A DNA stretch of 64,000 nucleotides from Octopus sinensis. Taxonomy: Eukaryota. The DNA is taken from positions 17,980,001 through 18,044,000 of the forward strand of contig NC_043017.1 in assembly GCF_006345805.1 (NCBI RefSeq), written 5' to 3'. Of the stretch, positions 27,431-47,964 are shown piece by piece. The notes beneath the pieces were generated by a model that saw only the letters and a program-made list of their open reading frames with translations, did no database searches and was not told where the DNA came from. How positions within the stretch are numbered: the first letter of the stretch is position 1; every line of letters starts with the position of its first letter. The position numbers and the translations under genes are program-made.

Positions 27431-28742
27431 AGAATGACATTGTAGGATAGGTGTGAGAAGTTGGATCTGGTCAATTTTAACAGGTGGAATATTTGGGTCA
27501 ATCCTTCACTCCAAAAGAATTTTTTATCCATCTATTTACATAGTAGAAAGATTACAATGCCTTATGGATCTACAGTTCCAATTTGCTATTGGCACTGATT
27601 AAATGAACCATACGGAGCTAGGTTTATAGCTCAAAGAGGTAACGATACAGTTGTGATTTTTAATGGAGAACCGTGTTTACCAGCTCATGCAGACCAAAGA
27701 AACAATGATACAAATATTGATTATTTACATATTGTGAAAACAGTCTCTCAGTCTTTGAATGTTATTTCAGACTCTATTAATAATGATTGCGATTTGACAA
27801 CTGATAGAGGAACAAATACTACAAATGGTGTAAGATTTGTTTCTGAGACACATGATGTTAAGTTAATTTCATTGTAGCATTGCATGAATTTTACTTGTTG
27901 ATTAAGACTATTTAAGGTTGCTATCAGCTTAGTGTCAAAGCTCAGTCACTCAGCTGAATAAAGATTCTAACCATAAAGACTCCCATGTGGGTTTGGTTTA
28001 CTTAGATAAACTTAGTACAATACAACAATGGCATTACTGATTAATAATAACCAAGTTCCACTTGATGACCCATATATGTGAAGTCTATGTAATTCCATCC
28101 TGTTTTAAATGGAATAAAAGTTGTTTTGTAATTGTTAGAACAGAAAAATAACACCTTGATGCAAGAAAATTCAGTTTCAATTTTAACAAAGGCAAAAGGA
28201 GGTTTAAAAACAAGAAACTTTCAAAAGAATTAGGAGAAATACCACCATCAAAGCAGTGTTTCTCCTGCTTTATTTTAATGTATGTAACATGATTTCATTT
28301 TTCAGGGTCCAACCATTTACATTATAGTATTATATATTATGTATAGCTCTGTTGTTCATTACTGAGTTTATAGAGCACTTTTGTTTATCATTTAACAAAA
28401 TACATCTTACCATCTTTTGAGAAATAGTTTTATATATAGAGAGAAAGGGGGAAGGCGAGAGAGGGGGAGAGGGAGGGAGGGAGAGACTAACAGACAGATA
28501 TATGAGTTACAGCCAGATTAACACCATTCCGTTTTGATAGTATAAAATACTGCTGAAGAGTTTCTGTAAATACTGCTGAAGAGGTTTCTGTAAATTAAAC
28601 TTTATATAATATCTATCACCTGATTAGCTATCAAAGAACATAAGTGATTCCATTAGTCCTTTAAGACAAAACAAAAAGGAACAGAAAACTGAAAGCAAAT
28701 TAGAAAAGGCAGAAGGATCAGATGCTGAACAATCATATTCTG

Positions 28743-38837
<10,095 letters not shown>

Positions 38838-38919
38838 CCTAATGGTTTACCTGAAAAATAATGAATATATAATCAATACATGAGTAATAAGGGAATTACC
38901 ATCATGAGGTATGCGGTCA

Positions 38920-39550
38920 AGGGAGAAAAGGTTGGCTAGGGGATATAGAAGGAGACCTATGGAAGTATGCTGTGCGTGAGAAGACCCGGCAGGACGAGTG
39001 AGACCATAAACCATGGCCTCTACCTGGGATGTAGCCAGTCCACTTATGCATACCTTTCCTTCTTGGGACACAAAACTCTATTTGTGAAGACCTGTTGAGG
39101 CAAGTGAGAATCAGAATTGAAATCGATCAACATCAATGGAAATTGTAGCTGTGATACCAGTGCCGGTGGCACGTAAGCGAACCATCCGAACGTGGCCATT
39201 GCCAGCGCCGCCCCCGACGGGCCTCCGTGTCGGTGGCACGTAAAAAACACCATCCAATCGTGGCCGTAGCGAGCCTCGCCTGGCCCCGTGCCGGTGGCAC
39301 GTAAAGAGCACCATCCGACCGTAGCCGTTTGCCAGAAGCACCATCCGATCGTGGCCGTTGCCAGCCTCACCTGGTCCCCGTGCCGGTGGCACGTAAAAAG
39401 CACGGAATGGTTGGCGTTAGGAAGGGCATCCAGCAGTAGAAACATTGCCAGATCAGACTGGATCTGGCGCAGCCTCTTGGCTTCCCAGACCCCAGTTGGT
39501 CCGTCCAACCCATGCTAGCATGGAAAGCGGACACTAAATGATGATGATGA
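38920..39550 (+). mobile_element. RTE LINE 3'UTR copy with internal ~50-bp tandem repeats
   Basis: Same family as the 52330 copy; ends CCATGCTAGCATGG...(GAT)n. Confidence 0.85.
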
Positions 39551-40197
39551 GGATTTCTGACAGTCTCTGAGGAATATCATATAGACCATTCCTTTTGAAG
39601 GTTATAATTCATACCTAAGGTTTTGAATTAGGATCCATGCTCCCCTCACACTCCAAAATCAACCATGTAGAAGAAATTCCAACAAGTCAACATCTGTAGG
39701 CCATTTCCTTTAGAACTCCACCTCATCATCATTTCAACACCTGTTTTCTATCCTTACATGGACACATACATAGTGAAATCCAACTTTCTTAAATATTCCC
39801 CTGATAATTCTTCTCATGTCTGTCTCAGGTTTCCTTTGCTCAGAGGGTATCTGCCACACTCAGTGCATGACACCTTTTCTTTCAAACGGCTTACATTACG
39901 ATTATAAAGTAATTTGTGGGGAAAATCTTTTCCAAAGGGTGGGGAGAGGACTTCGGAAAATTCACAAAATCCTAGTTTTTCCCTCATAACTGTATGTATG
40001 TGTATGTGTGTGTGTATAATTATGTGTATCTATATGTATACAATATATATTATGTGTATATAATATATATATTGTGTTTAAATGTACACTGTATTTATAT
40101 ATATATATTTATATTACATAGAGGGCATTATTACACATAAATGCCACATGCTAGGAGGGACTTTATTAAGATTTCTTATTAAGATTTTATCCTAATT

Positions 40198-40233
<36 letters not shown>

Positions 40234-40580
40234 AAGTAATAACGAGTGAATGACAATAATGACGAAGGGTTAAAAAAGCGTAAAAATAATTGAAAATGAA
40301 ATAAAATTGAAACCAAAACATTAAAAATTATTGAAAGTGGGTAGAAATAAACACTACGTAGTGTATTACTCTAGGGTATCTGTAAAAAGTTAAATGTGAT
40401 TTCGGAACAGAACGAAACATTTATGACGGAAAAATATGATCTTGTGAATTTTCCGAAAGTCCACTCCTTACCCTCCAGGGTTGTCAACGCGCATTTTTTT
40501 TTCTTCATATTCGTTTTCCACACACTTGTTAACACCCGCTAGGTTGGTTATTTTATTTATTTTTTTTTTACACAAATTAA

Positions 40581-41048
40581 GGATCTTTTCGGTTTGACCG
40601 GCAGTTTCTTAAAATAATTTCCACGTAACTAAACACTTTTAAACTTCGTATACTGGTAGAATGTGTTTATAAAATATCTTTTTCTCTTGGCTTTATTGAG
40701 AAAATTCTATGGTTTGTAAGATATTTGTTGTTTTTTTCCTTCAATTTCTGCAATTTCAACTAATCAATGACGTCTATTGAGGTGAAAACATTCTGTGCCG
40801 TATGAATATGTCCCTCGTTTAAGAAACAGATTGGGTTTATTTACATTTCTGAAGAAAAAAGATGACCTTCCTCCCACCCCTAACCCTAACCCAGCCTAAA
40901 GATACCCTTCCCCCACCCTACCCCTAACAAACCCTAACTGTAACCCTAAAACATTGAAAAGCAATAGATCGATACTAGGGTCATAATTATGAGTGACAAT
41001 TCCATATGACACCGCTAGAAAAAACTGCCGTTCAAACCGAAAAGATCC
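40581..41048. mobile_element. Non-autonomous DNA transposon (MITE) with GGATC...GATCC termini and internal (TAACCC)n-like repeats
   Basis: TIRs GGATCTTTTCGGTTTGACCGGCAGTTT / AAACTGCCGTTCAAACCGAAAAGATCC; flanked AA/AA. Confidence 0.85.
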
Positions 41049-41403
41049 AATTAGTTTTATAAACAAACTAAAGTTAGGATTAGGGTTAGGGTTAAAAAAT
41101 TAGGTTTAGGGTTAAAAAGTCGTTGTAGGATCGACTATTTACGACTAGCTAGCGCGAGTGCGCGTACCTGGACCACTATTCGCTAGTAGTACCAAACGAT
41201 GTGTGTTTGTATATGTGTGTGTGTATAAAGTACATTCAAAGCCTTGTCGCATATTCTGGATGAGGACAAATATAAAAGACATTGTATTGTGATACATTTG
41301 TTGTTTACGATTAGACGGGGTGGCTATGGTTCAATCTGTCTTGGAACGAATTGACTGAGAAATAAGTTTTCAAAAGGAGAAATCTCAAAATAAAGAGACT
41401 AAC

Positions 41404-41530
41404 CTACAGAGTTTAACCATTCACAGTGAGGTTGGTCTTGTTGAGAAGTTGTCTTCTGTCTGTGGTGGTTTTGTAGGTTTTAATGTTTGTCGACAATATT
41501 TTTATATTTAACGAGATAATCCATGAAATC
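41404..41530 (-). other. HINT2: Probable non-coding 5'UTR exon of HINT2 (5' end uncertain)
   Basis: Donor TAG|GTTAGT after 41404 in unique sequence. The first coding exon has a strong acceptor 13 nt before its ATG, so an upstream exon is required. ETS and AP-1 motifs lie about 250 bp upstream. Confidence 0.6.
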
Positions 41531-41769
41531 AACTAAAGAGATTGAAATATTGACAGAGAGTGACTGGAAGTTTATAAAAGGGATTATAATACCAGAATTA
41601 AAGGTGAAGAACGTGATAAACAGAAGAGATGGAACAGTTTATGAGGATATTTCAGTATAAAAACACGTAAAAGTGACGAGGTCAAAATATAATAACAAAA
41701 CTAAAGAAATAAAAGTAATACATATTTAATTATTTAGCTTAATAAATATTAGAGAAAAATCAAAAGTTT

Positions 41770-41806
41770 CACCTGAGTCAGGTGTCCTTGGTGGCTTACT
41801 TCCGGT
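41770..41806 (-). promoter_or_regulatory. Candidate HINT2 promoter motifs: palindromic E-box/AP-1/E-box and ETS site
   Basis: CACCTGAGTCAGGTG at 41770-41784 and ACTTCCGGT at 41798-41806, upstream of the probable first exon. Confidence 0.4.
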
Positions 41807-41834
41807 GTTTTCTCTTCAATAAAGTAGAAGCCGA

Positions 41835-42160
41835 GGATCTTTTCGCTTACAAACTACAGAATTTTCTCAAGAAAACCAAGAGAAAAAGATGTTTGGCGAA
41901 CCTTCGGTATATGTACCGGTGTAAATGCCGGATACATTTTAAAAAGTGTTGTTTTCTTTTATATATATGGGGGGTTAGGGTTAGAGGTGGGAGAAAAGGA
42001 TTTCTGTTATCTTCAGAAATGTAAACAAAGTCACATGTGTACATATACCGAAGCATCGCCAGATGTTTTATGTAACACATTCTACCAGTATACGAAGTTT
42101 AAAAGTGTTTAGTTATAAACAAATTATTTTTAAAATCTGCCGGTCAAAGTGAAAAGATCC
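41835..42160. mobile_element. GGATC-terminus MITE, second copy
   Basis: GGATCTTTTCGC ... GAAAAGATCC, flanked GA/GA; shares internal sequence with the other copies. Confidence 0.8.
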
Positions 42161-43338
42161 GAAGCGGATTAATGGGACCAGTTAGCGGGTTGGGGGTATA
42201 AGAGTTCTTTAAATAACAATAAATGACTGATAACGTTAAGCAGAAGATATATCTTGAGCACAAGATTTGATATAACAATAACTGTTTAATAACATTATGC
42301 TCGATTATATTAAACGGCTGTGACTATATAGCTTAATAATACTAAAACTCTAGGGATGTTTGTTTTGGACCCAAAATATCTCAGAAATAGTGTGTTTTAT
42401 CGTAAGGTTAACCAAAAAATTATACTAATAGAGAGTGATGTTATAGAAATAAGAATCTCTACTCAGTGCGTAATCCATTTCTTGAATGTAGACATGCAAC
42501 AGTGAAGATAAAGAAACGAGAAGGGTTATGTACCAGCAGTCAAATGTACCTTAAGTGCTGATGCTATATCATACTTTTCTGAGAGAAAATATTCTTTCTT
42601 ATACACACGGCTTCTTTTTCTTATAGTGCTTCTCAAACTATCTGATATGGCGTACTGGCAGTTTTTTCGGTTAATGTTTACATCTTGACCCGGAAATGAA
42701 AATCCCCCCCCCCCAAAAAAAAAAAATTACTGGGATGGGTGTAAAACAATGTGTAGGAAACGAATATGGAAAAAAATGCGTGCAAAGCAATAGGAGGGTG
42801 GGGAGAGGACTTCGGAAAATTCACAAGATCCAAGTTTTTCCCTCATAACTGTATATGTGTATGTGTTTATGTATATATGTGTGTATATATATATGTACAC
42901 ATGTATATACATATATATATATGTATGTGTGTGTGTATATATATATATATGTGTGTGTGTATATATATGTTTGTGTGATCATTACCAGCGGCTAACTGGC
43001 TTCTGTGCCAGTGGCATGTAAACGGCATCATTCTAGCAGGATTGTTACCACCATCGCCTTACTGGTACCTGTGCCGGTGGCATGTGTAAAAAGATTCGAG
43101 CAAGGTCGTTGCCAGTACCGCCTGACTGGCCCCCGTCCCGGTGGCACGTAAAAGCACCCACTACACTCTCGGAGTGGTTGGCATTAGGAAGGACATCCAG
43201 CTGTAGAAAATCTGCCAGATCAAGACTGGAGCCTGGAGCAGCCATCTGGTTCGCCAGCCCTCAGTCAAACCGTCCAACCCATGCTAGTATGGAAGGCAGA
43301 TGTTAAACAATGATGATGTATGTATGTATACAATATAT

Positions 43339-43680
43339 GGATCTTTATCTTTTGACCAACAGATTTAAAAAATAATTTTTTGTAACTAAACACTTTCAAA
43401 CTTCGGACACTGGTAGAATGTGTCATATAAAACATCTTTTACTCTAAGCATTTTTGAGAAAAGCTTATATTTAGGAAGTTATTTCACGTTAAAGTTGTAG
43501 TATTTCGGTAATTTCAACCAATCAATGACATGTATTCAGCTGAATAAAATTACTGCTGTTGTTTATCAACAAGAACTTCCGGTGGTGTATATTTCGTTTG
43601 TCACTGTTATTTATAACAACCCTAACCCTAAAACCTCAACAATAACAACAACAACATCGAAAAAATACCTTAGGAATGAG
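43339..43680. mobile_element. Partial GGATC-terminus MITE
   Basis: Left end plus AACTAAACACTTT...CTGGTAGAATGTG core shared with the 40581 copy. Confidence 0.65.
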
Positions 43681-43704
43681 AACCAATGTTCAAAATTCCC
43701 CCAT

Positions 43705-43750
43705 GGCACCTGATGAAGGCTGGAGGGTATATTAGCCGAAACGTTGTGTT
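43705..43750 (+). ncRNA. Minimal hammerhead-like motif in a Penelope-type terminal repeat
   Basis: GGCAC-CUGAUGA-A-GGCUG...UAGCC-GAAA-CGUU-GUGUU. Stem III is reduced to the palindrome ACGU, so it could only fold as a dimer. Confidence 0.5.
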
Positions 43751-43789
43751 AACAACAAACAAGATGAGGACAAATATCCATCAAATGTA

Positions 43790-44800
43790 AATAATCTAAA
43801 TAAAGCACAATCATTGTTGCAAACTATTCCTGGACTTTCACGTAACATATGTAACTGGAGGCAGCACGCTTTAGGAATCCCAGCACTTCCAAACGACAAG
43901 TTGGAAATTCCTGATGCAATTAAGTACTTAGAAAATGGGTCCTTGTTTTTGGTCTTTGACAGTGGCATTGATGACCCAAACAGAATTTTAGTTTTTTCCT
44001 CAGAAAAAGGCTTGGATGATCAAGAAAGCTCTAAAACTGGGCCTGTGGTGGGACTTTTAAGGTGTCTCCTAGTTTGTGGTGATAGCTTTTCACGCTACAT
44101 ATCATCATTGGAGGGTCATGTGTGCACAGGTTATTTGCCTTCCTGACGAAAAAAGAAGCCTCATATCATCGTGTTCTGTTTGCTGTGCAGGATTAAAGGG
44201 CAAATTGTTGACTTGTGACCTGTTTTATGGACTTTGAAAAAACTCTCCATAATTCATAACATGCACCAAGTATGGAGTCGGGACATCTGTATACTGCAAG
44301 TCAACCATCACTAGACGATACCGCAACTTTAATTCCCACCATCCATACTGTGTAAAGAGAGGGATTGCTCTGTGAAATGGATTTGAAGATTTGTCTGATG
44401 ATGAAATTATCTCTTCTCAGTTTATTCATACATTGGGACTGTAAGGGGACAGTCTTCGTCAGCGAAGAGAAACCCCCACAGTTTCCTGTACAACTCTGGA
44501 ATATATGCGACTGCGTTTTAAATGACTTGCTAAGATCAAATAATTCAGCAGAAGAGTTCCACAATGCTTTGCGGTCATTGATAACATCCACACATCCAAA
44601 TTTGTGGAAACTTTGAAATGCGCTTAAGACTGAAGAAGGCTTAAGCCAGATGAAAATTGCACACATTTGACATGGGGACTCGACAATAAAAAAAATGTCC
44701 TGTCAAATGAATGATGCTCAACTAAAGAAACTAGCTGAGAATTATCAATCTGAAAACACTCTGCAATTTTTAAGAAATATTGCATGCAATTTGTCATAAA
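43790..44800 (+). mobile_element. Decayed MULE-type transposase
   Basis: FLVFDSG...RILVFSS, DGTF-like segment and NNSAEEFH...HPNLWKL motifs; stops and frameshifts. Confidence 0.75.
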
Positions 44801-45570
44801 AGAATTTTCTTCAAATATATTAAACTTTTTTCCTAACTTTATTTTTATGTACTTGCCATCATTTTTATCTTAATGTGTGAATAAAATGTGATCTAAAATG
44901 TATTCATATTACCAATAGTGAAATTTACTATTTCCTCTTTCTAGTAAAACAACTGCAGAAGTATTGAGCTAAAAGTAAGCCAATATACTTGGCATTTGTC
45001 AGTCTGAAGAAAGCCTTCAACAGGGTTGTTCATTCTGTGATTTGGGGAGGACAAATGGCTTGTGAGAGCCATCAAGTCATATACAAAATGCTGTTAGTAA
45101 GTGTCAGCAACTAATTTAGTGCACTAGTGCTTTTCCAGATTTTTAATCTTAAGAATATTATTTCTCTTGCTTGCATTTTTCCATGTAATATATATACCTT
45201 TTACTTGTTTCAGCCATTAGACTGTGGCTATGCTGGAGCACTGCCTTTGAGAATTTTTTTATCTTTAGTCAAATAATCAATACCAGAACTTTATCTTAAG
45301 CCTTGTACCTATTCCTTTGGTCTCTTTTGCTGAACCACTAAGTTATGGGGATGTAAACATACCAACACTATTTGTCAAGCAGTGTTTGGAAGAAACATAG
45401 ACACACACGACAGGCTTTCTTCAGTTTCCACCTACCAAATCCACTCACAAGGCTCTCGTTGGCCAGAGGCTATAATAAAAAACACTTGCCCAAGGTGTCA
45501 TGCAATGAAACTGAACCCAGAACCATGTGGTTAGGAAGGAAGTTTCTTACCACACAATCACATCTGCACT

Positions 45571-45609
<39 letters not shown>

Positions 45610-46259
45610 GGTTTTTTCACATGAAATGTTGTATTTGAACAGTAACAATAAAATATTTCAGAAGTGTTAGAGAACTGATTTATTTAATCAAAGTATGATC
45701 CATGTTCATTTATGATGTTTACCCAATGTTTTATCTACATCATATATTCCATCTTTAAAAAAAAATTAATCTAGGTTGCTTCTTTTTCAAATTCTCATGC
45801 ATACAATCAATTTCCTGGAAATACAGTGTTGTGTTACCGTTTGTTTGTTGTTGCAAAAATGAATAATGAATATGTATATATGTATGTGTAAATGTGCATA
45901 TATATATTTGCATAAGTGTGCATATATTCCTATATGTGTTTATTGTCTGATGTAAATGCTTTCTTGATGCATGATCTCCATAAATGCTATTCTCTCTGCT
46001 GGTGTGGTGATGTATTTTACTTCCTGCAGTAATTTGCATTTATGTTTTTCTTGTTGGCTTAAGTCTCTATAGATTTTATTTCTTTGTGTTTATCAATAGC
46101 ATTCTTTTCAGTCTTTCAGCCTGTCCTCTTGTGAGTTGCAGCCTTCCCATGCTGGCAGTGACTGTGTTAGTGTAAATTCTAGAGGAGACATATAGATCTA
46201 TTAAGTGAAGTTGTGTCATGATGAGAATTTCTTAGATAACAAAGTAGTGTTTTTCAACA

Positions 46260-47740
46260 CCTAGCTAGCCTGGCTGAGGCTCACATTGTTATGTTTATGT
46301 ATTTGTTTTGCAAGATTCCTGATGTGAAATTGTATGCTGAAACAGATATCGTCATATTTGGGGATGATCACTTATTTTTTTTTTTTTAGCCACACACACT
46401 ATATACTCATTCAGTTCAGCTTTGTTATTATTCTTACCTTATTGTCCTTTGTCTGAAATCTTTTGTCACACATGCTGTGACCCCTTCGACATGTCTCCAA
46501 TTCCACAGGAGTTTTTGTCTGTATCTGTGTCTGCGCACACGAGTGTCTAGTGTTTAGTATGTTGCATCTATGTGTATATGGGTTTGCTTACTATGCTGTG
46601 TATACCCATCTAGCATTTTTTATTCATTTATTTACTTATATATCTCTTTTTTTCTTATTCCACCTTAAGTGTGTGTGTATGAGTTTATATATTATACTGT
46701 TTGTATCTGTCTCTTTTTTTTCTTTCTTTCTCTCATTCTGTCTTTAATTGTCATGTTGCATAGTGTGGTGGAGGGTATAACTGTTTCATTCATGTTTTCC
46801 GTTGAGGCTCGGTCTGTTGATAATATCTTAACATCTTTGTATTTAACCAAGCCTCTATGTTCTAGTTGAGCAAGTTAGTAGAGCACTGATGAGTTTTTCA
46901 CCTCTTTGAGCTCCCAGTGTCCCCCTATCCACTCCTTAATGCTACATGCTGTCTCCCCGATGTATGTTGTCATGTTTCTGTACTATCCCTCAGTACACCA
47001 TATGGAGGAATTACAACCGTGTTTCGTGATCTGCTACCACAACAGCTCCTTTATAGGATCCAGTTAGCTCAAGACATCATCAGGAGGAACCACGTCCGGT
47101 TTCGGCCCCTACTCTTCTACCGTTTTGACATGGCAAGGCCCCACCTTTCAGAGGTGTCTTCAGCTCTGGTGTTGGGTGCATGTCTTCTTTCTTCTGTTCC
47201 CTAGCCTCTTCAATGTATCGTCAGCGAGTGTCAGCCGGTGACTGATTGACTTGTAAAATTTTTCCCTTTAAATACCTGCCATTAGGCTCCAGCAGGCAGC
47301 CCCAGCAAGTTGTCACATGACAGTCTCACCTTAACTGGCTAGACTACATTTCCAGGCTAACTGTAGGATTAGAAATGTAGTCTGTAGCATTCGGTGTACT
47401 GAGGGACAGTGCACAAACAAGACAACATATATTGGGGAGACAGCATGTAGTATGGGGGGGGGATAAGGGACACTGGAAGGAGCTCAAGGGGGAGAAAATC
47501 TCATCAGTGTCTACAAACATGCTCAATTAGAACATAGAAGCTCAGTTAAAAACATAGATGTTAAGATATTATCAACAGACATGATAGTTAGATTACAGGT
47601 GCCACACACACAGTTGTAGACAGACCAAGCCTCAACAGAAAACATGAATGGAAGAATAACATCCTGAAATATAACAATATCTGTTTCAACACATGAGTTC
47701 ACATCAGAAATCTTGCAAAACAAATACATAAATGTATTTA
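46260..47740. mobile_element. Two diverged copies of a probable Penelope-like repeat in inverted orientation
   Basis: 46787-46999 is the reverse complement of 47393-47650, and 46296-46366 of about 47660-47735. Degenerate CTGATGA/GAAAC motifs lie in the spacer. Confidence 0.6.
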
Positions 47741-47903
47741 TGTATAAAATATAAAAAAATATAACAAATAATATATATAAAATATAAAAATAATTTATTA
47801 AAACACTCAACACCTTTACACTTTTCTCTTCATTTTCATTAACTCCAGTATAAAATTGATCCCTTTCTTTTCATTAAATCTTTTTTAGCAAGAGAATAAA
47901 CTG

Positions 47904-47964
47904 CTAGCTAATCTCTTTCAACTGATATTTGCTTTTTAGGATAGAGGTTGTATTCTCGTAGGCA
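47904..47964 (-). CDS. YRDC: YRDC last exon (SAYENTTSILKSKYQLKEIS*)
   Basis: Acceptor TTATTATTTCAG, phase 2, TAG stop. A minus-strand AATAAA lies near 47795. Confidence 0.88.

Noticed and set aside
40860-40950. (TAACCC)n-like tracts as interstitial telomere or fusion site
   Set aside because: Short, degenerate and internal to the MITE family.
47010-47170. Two CTGA(A/T)GA...GAAAC motifs on the minus strand
   Set aside because: Stems I and II do not pair, and one cleavage triplet reads GAC.
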